Shown: one piece after another, positions 1-8,599 of the stretch
How the letters are laid out: each line of letters begins with the position of its first letter
Numbering within the stretch: position 1 is the stretch's first letter
Origin: a virus
Taxonomy: Duplodnaviria; Caudoviricetes
IMG/VR virus record: IMGVR_UViG_3300028585_000005
Location: 1 to 62,547 of that record
Reading direction: 5' to 3' (one strand)
DNA: 62,547 bases
Notes under the pieces: model-generated
What the model saw: the letters and a program-made list of their open reading frames with translations, nothing else
What the model was told of the DNA's origin: nothing
Database searches by the model: none
Position numbers and translations under genes: made by a program

Positions 1-127
1 AGTACACACCACATCATGTGTAATCCACTGACGTGTGGGGTGTCCCATCCCACCACATCATGTGTCATCACCTCACACGCCATGTGTCAGCAGTGACCAC
101 TCATCGGCGTGCGTGCACACGTGCGCG
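1..127. repeat. Terminal direct repeat, left copy (identical to 62421-62547)
   Basis: Exact 127-bp match between the two window ends; 127 is a common assembler k-mer, so likely a circularisation overlap. Confidence 0.95.
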
Positions 128-466
128 CGATACCACCACCACGTCACCGTGTCAAGGGTGAGGGAGGGTGACATCCATGCCGGCAACGATCACCCGTTCC
201 TCACCCGTTCTAGGTAGCTCACTTACCCTTGATGTGTGAGAGAGTTACACCTATCAGCAGCACAGAGGCACAGGCCCAGAGGGGCGTGAACGTCGCACGA
301 CAGTCACCCCCTCCCCCGGATCTATCCGCCTCTCCCGCCGCTGATGCTCTCCACGCCCCCGGGTGTGGGCGAGTATGCACAGCCCCCCTGTAAGGGACTG
401 CTCCCGATGTGAGCCGTCCTGGTCGTCGGGCTAGCAGCTTCCCCATCATGTGTCACGGGGTTGCAC

Positions 467-495
467 TTGACAGGTAACGGGCTTACTGCTAAGCT
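467..495 (+). promoter_or_regulatory. Strong SigA-type early promoter
   Basis: TTGACA (467-472), 17-nt spacer, then TG-C-TAAGCT extended -10 (490-495), upstream of the first rightward gene. Confidence 0.8.
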
Positions 496-566
496 CGGTG
501 CAGCAGCACAGAGACACCAGCCACTAAGACGCTCCACCACCACTAACCGCCGGTTGCCCCGGCAGA

Positions 567-1322
567 ATGCGAGTCATCATCATGCTCACGACCAAGACCC
601 TCGTCTCCAAGCTCGTCCGCTCATACGCCACCGACGGCAAGGCGGTCTTCACCCGGGCTCAACTGATCGCCGACAACCTCGGCAGTGAGACGACCGAGGC
701 CGACCTCGCCGCGCTGGTCACCATCGGCCGGGTCGTCAGCGACTTCCCCGAACTGGCAGGCCCGGACGGGCAGCCGACCAGCACTGCTGGTTGGGACGCC
801 GACCACCAGGCCCTGCTCACCGAGCCCGCGTACAAGGTCTCGAAGTCCACCATCGGGTCGCTCGGACGGGCGTACCGACTGCCCGCTGAGATCGGCGGCG
901 TCACCGACAGCGACACGGTCGCCATGGCGTACAAGGTCATCACCCGCTCGGGCACGGCCAACGCGCTGAAGGCGCTCCGGTTCGAGTCCGAGCAGGGCGG
1001 CATCAAGCGCGACAAGTCCGAGACGATGCTGGCGCTCACCGGTGTGCTGAAGGGCTGGCGCATCGCGGTCGCTGAGGCCAAGCCGGTCCGCGACACGGCA
1101 GCCGACGACGTCGCCGACGTCACCGACCAGCGCGACCTGCCCGCCATCGACACGGCCGATGTGCCCGAGTCGGTCGAAGTCACCGTCCGCACGCTGCAGG
1201 GCATCGCCGAACGCCCCTGGTCGCTGGCCGACCTCGAGGTCCTGGCCGCCGCCATCGGCGACCTGAACGCCACGCTGATGGCCCAGTACGACACGCTCGC
1301 CGCAGCCACCGTCACCGCCTAG
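567..1322 (+). CDS. Hypothetical protein, first early gene (alternative start 582)
   Basis: 251-aa ORF with high-GC3 codon usage directly behind the strong promoter; followed by a GC-rich hairpin. Confidence 0.85.
   Translation: MRVIIMLTTKTLVSKLVRSYATDGKAVFTRAQLIADNLGSETTEADLAALVTIGRVVSDFPELAGPDGQPTSTAGWDADHQALLTEPAYKVSKSTIGSLGRAYRLPAEIGGVTDSDTVAMAYKVITRSGTANALKALRFESEQGGIKRDKSETMLALTGVLKGWRIAVAEAKPVRDTAADDVADVTDQRDLPAIDTADVPESVEVTVRTLQGIAERPWSLADLEVLAAAIGDLNATLMAQYDTLAAATVTA
776..792. repeat. 17-bp palindrome copy 1 (GACCAGCACTGCTGGTT), intragenic
   Basis: Read directly; encodes TSTAG in 567-1322. Confidence 0.9.
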
Positions 1323-1478
1323 CTCGCCCGCTCCACCGGCTCCCCCGCCGGGACGTGTCCCCTCACCGTCCCGGTGGGCGGGTTCCGCCGGTCGGGTCAC
1401 CACGTCTCCCCCCCTGCTCCCCCCGGCAGTGACGTGGTGGCTCGTCCAGTGGCACCCGCCACCGCACACACCCCCGCT

Positions 1479-1495
1479 GACCAGCAATGCTGGCC
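1479..1495. repeat. 17-bp palindrome copy 2 (GACCAGCAATGCTGGCC), intergenic
   Basis: Read directly. Confidence 0.85.
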
Positions 1496-1522
1496 GGCTC
1501 CACCCCCTCACCGGAGGTCAGC

Positions 1523-1825
1523 ATGTCCGACGCACCCCTCACCAAGTCCGAGCGCCGCCGCCTCGCGAGCATCATCGCCATCGGCGCCGCGATCACCCTC
1601 ACCGCCGCAGCCGTCACGGGCACCGTGATCCAGCGGGCCCACGACCAGGGCGTCATCGAGCGCCAGGCCGTCGCACTCTCCACCGTCGACCCGGTGCGCA
1701 CGGCACCGGTCATCCCCCGCTGCATCTATGACGACTTCAACGACGGGACTCAGGCGCTCTGCTACACCGTCACCACCGACGGCCGCATCCTGGTGATCGA
1801 CCAGCACGACGAGGTCGTGTCGTGA
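1523..1825 (+). CDS. Membrane protein
   Basis: GGAGG RBS; MSDAPLTK start; one hydrophobic helix (IIAIGAAITLTAAAVTGTVI). Confidence 0.75.
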   Translation: MSDAPLTKSERRRLASIIAIGAAITLTAAAVTGTVIQRAHDQGVIERQAVALSTVDPVRTAPVIPRCIYDDFNDGTQALCYTVTTDGRILVIDQHDEVVS

Positions 1826-2235
1826 CCGCCGACACCCCGACCAGCAATGCTGGTCACCGCGACTCGGCCAGGCAGCGCGAGTACGCCCGCCTCCCCTTCC
1901 ATGCCCACGGCAGCTACGCCCACGACACGGTCAGCGCACACATGGCTGCCGACCTCTGGACCAGCACCGGCACCGAGTACATCGTCAGCGGGGACCAGTC
2001 ACTGCGAGTACACGGCACCCTCGGGATGCGACGAGCCGGTCGCCCCGGGCAGTGGCTCACCACCCAGTCCCGCCGCCGCGACGCCCGTCGCATGATCGCG
2101 GCCGGCCGCCTCCCTCACCCGCTCACCGTCGACGAGCTGACCCGGCTCGGCCTCACCGAGGGTGACAACCAGGCCGAGGTCGACGCCGACGTCACCGACC
2201 ACGAGCAGCACATCCACGACACGAACCCGGAGTAG
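1822..2235 (+). CDS. Hypothetical protein
   Basis: GTGA overlap with the upstream gene; codon bias. Confidence 0.7.
   Translation: MTADTPTSNAGHRDSARQREYARLPFHAHGSYAHDTVSAHMAADLWTSTGTEYIVSGDQSLRVHGTLGMRRAGRPGQWLTTQSRRRDARRMIAAGRLPHPLTVDELTRLGLTEGDNQAEVDADVTDHEQHIHDTNPE
1839..1855. repeat. 17-bp palindrome copy 3, intragenic (TSNAG)
   Basis: GACCAGCAATGCTGGTC. Confidence 0.95.
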
Positions 2236-2239
2236 ACCC

Positions 2240-2758
2240 GTGACTCTCACCCGCCCGACCAGCATTGCTGGTCACGCCGGATACAGCGGCCCGTTCACCG
2301 TCAAGCTCCGGCTCACCACCCATCGGCGTCGAGGCTTCGAGGTTGACATCCCCGAGATCCGCAGGCGGGTGACCGTGGCGCTGATCGGGAAGGGCTTCGG
2401 CCAGGACTCCATCGAGGTCGAGGTCGACCAGGAGTTCGACTACCAGGCACTCCTCACCATCCGGGTGTGGCCCGACACCCTGCCCGCTCACCCCGTCGAC
2501 GCCGCCATCAAGGTGCAGGGCCTGCTGTCCGCAGCCACCAGCCCGAGCGAGTCCATCACCTTCGTCAGCGTCGACCCGCCGCTGCTCCGCTTCCGCGTCA
2601 CCAGGGCAGCGCAGCCCAGCCCCGAGTTCGCCAACTGGTACGTCGTCGGCAGCGAGGACGACTGGTCGGGCGACCCCATCTGGGGGCACTTCACCACCTG
2701 GCAGGAAGCGATGGACTACGCCTGCCAGACGCTCACCCTCAACCTCCTCACCGCCTGA
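2240..2758 (+). CDS. Hypothetical protein
   Basis: GTG start after GGAG; codon bias. Confidence 0.7.
   Translation: MTLTRPTSIAGHAGYSGPFTVKLRLTTHRRRGFEVDIPEIRRRVTVALIGKGFGQDSIEVEVDQEFDYQALLTIRVWPDTLPAHPVDAAIKVQGLLSAATSPSESITFVSVDPPLLRFRVTRAAQPSPEFANWYVVGSEDDWSGDPIWGHFTTWQEAMDYACQTLTLNLLTA
2257..2273. repeat. 17-bp palindrome copy 4, intragenic (TSIAG)
   Basis: GACCAGCATTGCTGGTC. Confidence 0.95.
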
Positions 2759-2773
2759 CCAGCATTGCTGGTC
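2757..2773. repeat. 17-bp palindrome copy 5, overlapping a TGA stop
   Basis: (T)GACCAGCATTGCTGGTC(A). Confidence 0.95.
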
Positions 2774-2798
2774 ACCACCCACCAACCAGGAGCGCATC

Positions 2799-3284
2799 AT
2801 GCCCGAAGCCCCCACCCAGGTCCCCGCCCTCATCGTCAACAACCCGGACCTCACCACCACCGGCCCCGAGGGATACCGCAAGCACGTCGAGAACATCCTC
2901 GCCGCCCACTGGCCGGACGTCGAGGTCACCATCGCACCGACCAGCAATGCTGGTCAGCCCCGCGAGACGCTCACCGAAGCGCAGCTCGAGGTGCTCAACC
3001 ACGGGCGCTGGCTACTCAGCGACCGCGATCTCCCGGAGACGGAGGACTACCGCCGCGGCGTCATCGAGATGCTCGCCGTGCAGATGTTCGGCGACGTCTC
3101 CCTGACCGAGCGGGTCGCCGTCCATCTCGACCCGTGGCCGCCGGTCGACGACGTCACGCTCGCCACCCTCGGGCACCTCGTCGTCAAAACACTGCGAGCA
3201 GCGCCGCTCAACACGCCGCCCATCGAGACGCTCGGCGCCATCCAGCAGGCAGCCCGCGATCTGCAGATCGTCTTCTCGATCTGA
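2799..3284 (+). CDS. Hypothetical protein
   Basis: AGGAG RBS, ATG start, codon bias. Confidence 0.8.
   Translation: MPEAPTQVPALIVNNPDLTTTGPEGYRKHVENILAAHWPDVEVTIAPTSNAGQPRETLTEAQLEVLNHGRWLLSDRDLPETEDYRRGVIEMLAVQMFGDVSLTERVAVHLDPWPPVDDVTLATLGHLVVKTLRAAPLNTPPIETLGAIQQAARDLQIVFSI
2939..2955. repeat. 17-bp palindrome copy 6, intragenic (TSNAG)
   Basis: GACCAGCAATGCTGGTC. Confidence 0.95.
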
Positions 3285-3294
3285 CCCCCACCCC

Positions 3295-3311
3295 GACCAG
3301 CAATGCTGGTC
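3295..3311. repeat. 17-bp palindrome copy 7, intergenic
   Basis: GACCAGCAATGCTGGTC. Confidence 0.95.
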
Positions 3312-3347
3312 ACCAACCACCCAGCCTCACGGCCCCAGGAGCACATC

Positions 3348-3506
3348 ATGGTCTTCTCTCGCACCCCCGCCCCCGCCCACCTCAAGTGCCAGGACTGCGG
3401 CGGCCTCGTCGCCCGTCCTGGCTACGCCCCCGCACCTGGCGTCCCCTCGATGGGTGCCCACGTCGCCGCTCACAAGGCGGCCGAGTCCGAGCGGAGCGCC
3501 GCGTGA
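3348..3506 (+). CDS. Small C2H2-type zinc-finger-like protein
   Basis: AGGAG RBS; CQDC...HVAAH. Confidence 0.65.
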   Translation: MVFSRTPAPAHLKCQDCGGLVARPGYAPAPGVPSMGAHVAAHKAAESERSAA

Positions 3507-3820
3507 CCAGCCCGACCGACGACATCATCGACAGCCTCGCCACCTGGGTCTGCACCGACTGCATGGTGGCCCGGGAGAACGACGAGTGGCCGGAGATGCA
3601 GGACGACGACACGCCCTGGCCCTGGTCGCTGTTCACCGAGGCTGAGTGGGGCGAGCGCGTCACGCCTGGTCCGGTCGTCACCAACTGGATCACCCGCGAC
3701 GACGTGACCAACGAGATCGCCGAGGGTTTCGACGAGTTCTCCCCCGCCCGATGCTCGGGCTGCGGCCAGACTTTGGCCGGCTCCCGCTGGCGCTACGCCG
3801 AGTGGCCTGCCACCTCCTAG
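3503..3820 (+). CDS. Hypothetical zinc-binding protein
   Basis: GTGA overlap; CTDC...CSGC. Confidence 0.7.
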   Translation: MTSPTDDIIDSLATWVCTDCMVARENDEWPEMQDDDTPWPWSLFTEAEWGERVTPGPVVTNWITRDDVTNEIAEGFDEFSPARCSGCGQTLAGSRWRYAEWPATS

Positions 3821-3846
3821 CGGGGAACTGCTGTAGCAACTTGACC

Positions 3847-3863
3847 GACCAGCATTGCTGGTC
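3847..3863. repeat. 17-bp palindrome copy 8, intergenic
   Basis: GACCAGCATTGCTGGTC. Confidence 0.95.
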
Positions 3864-3877
3864 AGAACGGACACACC

Positions 3878-4387
3878 ATGAACACCTCCGACGTCTTCAC
3901 CTACAAGAGCAAGGCCGTCCGCGTCTCCGAGACCACCGGGCGAGAGGCCCGCATCGTCCCGTCCCCCTTCGAGCTGCTGCTCGAGGACGGCAAGGGGGTC
4001 ACCAAGAAGCTGACCTCCGAGCTGACGTTCATCGGCACCATGCCCGCCGGCCTGATCGGCGACGGTGCCTGGTCGGACCAGGAGCACCACCTCTACCAGG
4101 GCATGCTCACCTTCGACGGCCGCACCTTCGTCTCGAACTGGGCGACGGGCATCGGCATCCCTGTGCACGACTCAGACGGTCCGCGCTCGTTCATCGAGGC
4201 TATGGTCCGCGAGTCCACCGAAGATGGGTTCGAGAGCTGGGCTTTCAACTTCGACTCCGACCTCGACTCCCTCACCAGCTACCGCATCTGGGAAGCGTGC
4301 ACCCGGAGTGGTCAGATGATGCGCAAGTTGCTCGGCAACCCATGGCACGCCATCCTGCAGGGCGTCGTCGCCGAGTGGGACGACTGA
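3878..4387 (+). CDS. Hypothetical protein
   Basis: Codon bias; the FESWAFNFDSDLDS segment resembles a recurrent phage early-protein motif (recalled, not searched). Confidence 0.8.
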   Translation: MNTSDVFTYKSKAVRVSETTGREARIVPSPFELLLEDGKGVTKKLTSELTFIGTMPAGLIGDGAWSDQEHHLYQGMLTFDGRTFVSNWATGIGIPVHDSDGPRSFIEAMVRESTEDGFESWAFNFDSDLDSLTSYRIWEACTRSGQMMRKLLGNPWHAILQGVVAEWDD

Positions 4388-4671
4388 TGCAGTACGGCAC
4401 GATGACCGACTACGAGTACGGCGCGGATCACAAGCGGGAGCGCGTCGTCGTCTGGTCGGGCACGTTCCGCGACACCTTCGAGGCTGATGGCCTGTCGCTG
4501 CCCAAGGGTGCGGGCTACATGCTCACCACCTACAACGGCGACAAGGTGCGCGTCGCCTGCCCCTCGCCGCGCGACGAGTCGAACTACCAAGAGGTCGACG
4601 AAGCCATCGACAAGGCCCTCACTGCCCACCACCTCGAGCGAGGCGACAGCCAGCTCATCCCCACCACCTGA
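4387..4671 (+). CDS. Hypothetical protein
   Basis: TGATG overlap; MQYGTMTDY start. Confidence 0.75.
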   Translation: MQYGTMTDYEYGADHKRERVVVWSGTFRDTFEADGLSLPKGAGYMLTTYNGDKVRVACPSPRDESNYQEVDEAIDKALTAHHLERGDSQLIPTT

Positions 4672-4673
4672 GC

Positions 4674-4690
4674 GACCAGCATTGCTGGTC
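4674..4690. repeat. 17-bp palindrome copy 9, intergenic
   Basis: GACCAGCATTGCTGGTC, 2 nt after a stop codon. Confidence 0.95.
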
Positions 4691-4705
4691 AGATCGGAGC
4701 CCGAC

Positions 4706-4948
4706 GTGTCCTTCCGCGTCTCCACCCAGTACAGCAGCCACCCCGTCTCGGGTGCTGGCCGTATCCGAGTCCGCTGGCTCGGTCGCAACCGCCTCGTGCC
4801 CACCGACCTCAAGGCCCGCGACGTCCACGAGGCTGCAATCCGCAGCGTCATCCCGACTGCGACGAAGGTCGTCATGGCCGACAACCAGAAGCGCCGGCCC
4901 GAGCGTGGCTACGTGTACGACGTCACCACCCCGAAGGAGGACAGCTGA
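4706..4948 (+). CDS. Hypothetical protein
   Basis: GGAG RBS and GTG start; codon bias. Confidence 0.65.
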   Translation: MSFRVSTQYSSHPVSGAGRIRVRWLGRNRLVPTDLKARDVHEAAIRSVIPTATKVVMADNQKRRPERGYVYDVTTPKEDS

Positions 4949-5466
4949 TGCACCACACCTTCACCTCCGGCGCCGCTCGTCGGGCCGACATGCAGGCCCG
5001 CTACGTCCACGCCCCGATGATCATCAAGCCGGGGCCGACCGGCGAGCTCGAGTTCCGCACCGAGGTCGACGCCGAGAACGAGACCATGATCGAGCAGGTC
5101 AACGCGCGGCACCACCAGGCAGGCCTGGTCAACCCGATCCTCGACCTGTTCCGGGACCACACCTACCAGGGTGACCCGGACCTCGGCTCGACCCTGAGCG
5201 AGTGGCTGTTCCAGCTCGCCCGGCACTGGTCCGAGTGGCACTCGGCGCGCATCGGCACCTTCCCCCTCGAGTACCGCGACCCGTCGGGCCCGGTCACCAA
5301 GCAGGACTCGCTCGAGACTGGCGAGGACGACGCCTACTGGCAGATCGAGGCGGCGCTCGACGAGGTCGACCCGAGCAACGAGAGGAAGGGCGACGTGCAG
5401 CAGGACCTCATCGTCCACGCCACGGCCGTGCTGTCCCGCCTCTCGAACTTCCACCCCGTCCCCTGA
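4948..5466 (+). CDS. Hypothetical protein
   Basis: AAGGAGG RBS; TGATG overlap. Confidence 0.8.
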   Translation: MHHTFTSGAARRADMQARYVHAPMIIKPGPTGELEFRTEVDAENETMIEQVNARHHQAGLVNPILDLFRDHTYQGDPDLGSTLSEWLFQLARHWSEWHSARIGTFPLEYRDPSGPVTKQDSLETGEDDAYWQIEAALDEVDPSNERKGDVQQDLIVHATAVLSRLSNFHPVP

Positions 5467-5470
5467 ACCT

Positions 5471-5487
5471 GACCAGCACTGCTGGTC
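5471..5487. repeat. 17-bp palindrome copy 10, intergenic
   Basis: GACCAGCACTGCTGGTC. Confidence 0.95.
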
Positions 5488-5530
5488 AGCACACCGCACC
5501 ATCCACCTCCGAACAGGAAGATCACCGACC

Positions 5531-6643
5531 ATGAAGAAGACCATCGCCGTCGCCGGCATCAGCGCGCTGGGCCTCGGCCTCGCGCTGGGAAGCGCATCCC
5601 TGGCCTCGGCAACCGAAGGTCCGCACGTCTACGTGCAGGACTACATCGCAGCCTGCGACCAGCCCGACCGCACCACGCAGTTCATCCTCGACGCGCTCGG
5701 TGCCGAGGGGCCCACCACCTACACGATCAGCGACGGCACGCCGCCCGCCGTCGTCACCGTGGCGGCACACTCGACCGACCGCAGCCCCGTGTTCAGCATC
5801 CCGGCCAGCGGTGCGAGCTACTCGATCACCGCGTCGACCGGCCAGTCCTGGTCGTTCACCGCGGCGGCCGACTGCCCCGTCGTCGGGCCCGTGGTCACGG
5901 ACCCCGCGCCCGAGCCGAGCACCGACCCGGCGCCGGAGCCGAGCACGCCGGCCGACCCCGCGCCGACGGACCCGGCACCCGTCGACCCGCCCGTCGTCGT
6001 CGACCCGCCGGTCACCACGCCGGGTGAGAAGGTCGACGCCACCGTGGCGTGGCTGATGCCCGAGGGTTCGACCGTCGAGCAGGCGTCGTACGATCAGACG
6101 CTGGTCGGCATCACCGACGGTGACCAGCTCGACGCGGTCGCCGAGGCGCTCATCGCCGAGGCGTGCGGCATCTACCAGGTCGACGTGTACCACGGGTACA
6201 TCGGTGACATCGACGCGGTGCTCGCCGACGGCGTGCTCACCGAGGGCGAGGACTCCGCGCTCTACGTCAAGCACCGCTTCGTCGAGGGCACGCACTGCGA
6301 GACCACACCTCCGGTCGTGACGCCGCCCACCACCGAGCCGCCCGTCGTCACCCCGCCGACCACGCCTGAGACGCCGGTCACCCCGGTCGACGAGACGCCG
6401 GTCGACCAGACGCCGGTCACCATCAGCCCGGTGCTCGACGCCGCACCCACCGCGGTCGTCGTCAAGGCGGCCGAGGTCAAGGCGCCCGTCGCCGACGGCC
6501 TGGCCTACACGGGCAGCAACCCGCTGGCCCTGGCCTCCGGGATCGGCATCGCGCTGATCATCATCGTCGGCGGAGCGGCGGTCATCATGGTCGCCAAGAT
6601 CCGCCGCGCCAACCAGATCATCGACGAGTCCGCCGAGATCTAG
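5531..6643 (+). CDS. Secreted Pro/Thr-rich protein with LAXTG cell-wall sorting signal
   Basis: N-terminal signal peptide (MKK, hydrophobic core, ASA); DPAPEPST and TPPT linkers; C-terminal LAYTG, TM helix and KIRR tail. Confidence 0.85.
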   Translation: MKKTIAVAGISALGLGLALGSASLASATEGPHVYVQDYIAACDQPDRTTQFILDALGAEGPTTYTISDGTPPAVVTVAAHSTDRSPVFSIPASGASYSITASTGQSWSFTAAADCPVVGPVVTDPAPEPSTDPAPEPSTPADPAPTDPAPVDPPVVVDPPVTTPGEKVDATVAWLMPEGSTVEQASYDQTLVGITDGDQLDAVAEALIAEACGIYQVDVYHGYIGDIDAVLADGVLTEGEDSALYVKHRFVEGTHCETTPPVVTPPTTEPPVVTPPTTPETPVTPVDETPVDQTPVTISPVLDAAPTAVVVKAAEVKAPVADGLAYTGSNPLALASGIGIALIIIVGGAAVIMVAKIRRANQIIDESAEI

Positions 6644-6689
6644 CACGACCCCGTGCTCACCAGACCTTGCACCTGGTGAGCGCGGCCCC

Positions 6690-6766
6690 GGCCGGTGTAG
6701 CTCAACGGCAGAGCAGTCGTCACAGAAGGCGACGAGACGCGGGTTCGATCCCCGCCCCGGCCACCA
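6690..6766 (+). tRNA. tRNA-like gene with non-canonical 8-nt anticodon loop; isotype undetermined
   Basis: D arm GCTC/GAGC, anticodon stem GTCGT/GCGAC, T arm GCGGG-TTCGATC-CCCGC, acceptor GGCCGG(T)G/CCCGGCC, encoded ACCA end. Confidence 0.7.
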
Positions 6767-6784
6767 CCCCCACCCACCACGACC

Positions 6785-6801
6785 GACCAGCATTGCTGGT
6801 C
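6785..6801. repeat. 17-bp palindrome copy 11, intergenic
   Basis: GACCAGCATTGCTGGTC. Confidence 0.95.
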
Positions 6802-6816
6802 AGGACGGACAGCAGC

Positions 6817-7194
6817 ATGACCGAGAGCGAGCTCACCAAAGACCAGCGCGCAGTCATCGGCCGGGCCCGCCGGTACGGCACGACGCACGCCAGGCAGGAC
6901 CGCGACGAGGACCGGCCGCGCGACCACCGCAAGTGGTCAAAGAGCGCGATGGTCCTGGCGTTGGCTGACCTGCAGCTGCCCTCCGTCAAGGCCAGCTTCG
7001 TGACCCGAGTGCACGATGCCTACGTCGCCAGCTACATCACCCGCTGGCAGCTGGTCGGTGCCTGCGACCACGAGTTCAAGCAGAAGGGCGAGCGCCACTT
7101 CGGCGTGAGCGACGGCGCACGCTGCATCAACTGCGGCGTGTCCGTGATGCACGGCTCCACCCTCGACATCCCCGACCTCACCGAGAAGGACTAG
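6817..7194 (+). CDS. Hypothetical protein (C-terminal C-x-H...CxxC)
   Basis: MTESELTK start; codon bias. Confidence 0.7.
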   Translation: MTESELTKDQRAVIGRARRYGTTHARQDRDEDRPRDHRKWSKSAMVLALADLQLPSVKASFVTRVHDAYVASYITRWQLVGACDHEFKQKGERHFGVSDGARCINCGVSVMHGSTLDIPDLTEKD

Positions 7195-7197
7195 CCC

Positions 7198-7707
7198 ATG
7201 ACCAGCGACGCCATCAATCCGTCCGTCCCCATCACCAAGGAGATGCTGAACGACCTCGACAGCGTGCTCGCCAGTGTGCTGCGCCTCTCTCGCCCCAGCC
7301 TGGGGGCCGTGGCACAGGCGGTCGAGGAGCAGCGGCGGGTGATCCGCACGCTTCGCGACGAGGCCATCGAGAAGGGCCGCCAAGCTGCGGGCAGGGGCGC
7401 CGAGCTCGGCACGCCGCCAGGCACCGAGCACGGCGACCCAGAGATCAGGCTGACCCGCAGCGTCACCCGCTCCATCACGCAGACGCTCGTCGTGCACGCC
7501 AGCGAGATCGGCTACCTCGACTACGGGCTGATGGCCCAGGGGCACGCCCTGCTCGAGCAGCTCGGCGCCCTCGACGCCAACACGCGGGGCGTCATCGAGC
7601 GCATCGAAGAGCGCGTGTTCTTTTCGCCCGAGTTCGAGGACCGCATCGTCGAAGAGACCAACATCCTCACCATCGACGACACCACCAACATCGAGATCAA
7701 GGACTAG
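7198..7707 (+). CDS. Hypothetical protein
   Basis: AAGGA RBS; codon bias. Confidence 0.8.
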   Translation: MTSDAINPSVPITKEMLNDLDSVLASVLRLSRPSLGAVAQAVEEQRRVIRTLRDEAIEKGRQAAGRGAELGTPPGTEHGDPEIRLTRSVTRSITQTLVVHASEIGYLDYGLMAQGHALLEQLGALDANTRGVIERIEERVFFSPEFEDRIVEETNILTIDDTTNIEIKD

Positions 7708-7709
7708 CC

Positions 7710-8084
7710 ATGCCCGCACCCGAGTTCATCCCCTACACCGAAGCCCAGGTCGGCGAGCACCCGAGCCTCGTCGCCGGTCATCACGCAGCCGTCGACCTCG
7801 ACGACGACGGGGGCGCCACGCTGGCGATCGTCGCCGGGTCGTACGACTACGACGGCGAGACCGGCATGACCGCCACCCTCCGCATCTCCACGCTGGCCGC
7901 CGACCGCATCGTCGTCGAGCTGCACGACGGCACGCTCTACGACGGGCCGTCCGAGATGGACGGCATCAGTGCCGCCGCCGTGGCGAGCGCGCTGCGCAAC
8001 GCCATGGACGGCAAGCCCGGCGTCGGCCGCATCATCCTCACCCCTTCCGATATCGACAAGATCCTCACCGACCTGGGTCTCTGA
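7710..8084 (+). CDS. Hypothetical protein
   Basis: AAGGA RBS; codon bias. Confidence 0.8.
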   Translation: MPAPEFIPYTEAQVGEHPSLVAGHHAAVDLDDDGGATLAIVAGSYDYDGETGMTATLRISTLAADRIVVELHDGTLYDGPSEMDGISAAAVASALRNAMDGKPGVGRIILTPSDIDKILTDLGL

Positions 8085-8106
8085 CCCCCACCACCAGGAG
8101 CACATC

Positions 8107-8196
8107 ATGAGCGACGAACGACGCAAGCACCTCGCCTTCCTCGAGGCGAACCACATCGACACGACCAGCATTGCTGGTCAGGAGGACGAGCGATGA
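8107..8196 (+). CDS. 29-aa peptide containing a palindrome copy
   Basis: AGGAG RBS; MSDERRKHLAFLEANHIDTTSIAGQEDER; ATGA overlap with the next gene. Confidence 0.55.
   Translation: MSDERRKHLAFLEANHIDTTSIAGQEDER
8163..8179. repeat. 17-bp palindrome copy 12, intragenic (TSIAG)
   Basis: GACCAGCATTGCTGGTC. Confidence 0.95.
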
Positions 8197-8597
8197 GCAC
8201 GGCCGACGACCTGCTCAAGGAGTACGACGAGGTCACGGAGACCTACCAGAACCTGCCCGAGTCAGAGCAGGAGGGCAAGAACTACGAGGAGTACGAGGAC
8301 GCGCTGCTCAAGATCGTGCACGGCATGGCCGACGAGCTGCGACCGAAGCGTTCAGCCACGCCCGTCGTCAGCGCCGAGGTCGCAAGCCACGTGCTCTGGC
8401 ACCTCAACCCCCACCATCCCGCGGCGCGCGAGCCGGGCAGCTTCACCTCGAGCCTGCTCGACACGTGGGCCAAGGCCGACTCGACCAACAACCGCAAGCT
8501 GGCGTCGGTCTTCCCCGACTACGCCGCCTGCATCGAGGTGGCCCAGTTCGCGGGCGGCATCGAGACGCTCATCCTCCTCGCGAAGAACGGACGCTGA
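8193..8597 (+). CDS. Hypothetical protein
   Basis: GGAGG RBS; codon bias. Confidence 0.8.
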   Translation: MSTADDLLKEYDEVTETYQNLPESEQEGKNYEEYEDALLKIVHGMADELRPKRSATPVVSAEVASHVLWHLNPHHPAAREPGSFTSSLLDTWAKADSTNNRKLASVFPDYAACIEVAQFAGGIETLILLAKNGR

Positions 8598-8599
8598 CC

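Noticed and set aside
1-127. 127-bp terminal repeat as the biological direct terminal repeat
   Set aside because: The length equals a common assembler k-mer, so it is most simply a circular-contig overlap; true termini need read data.
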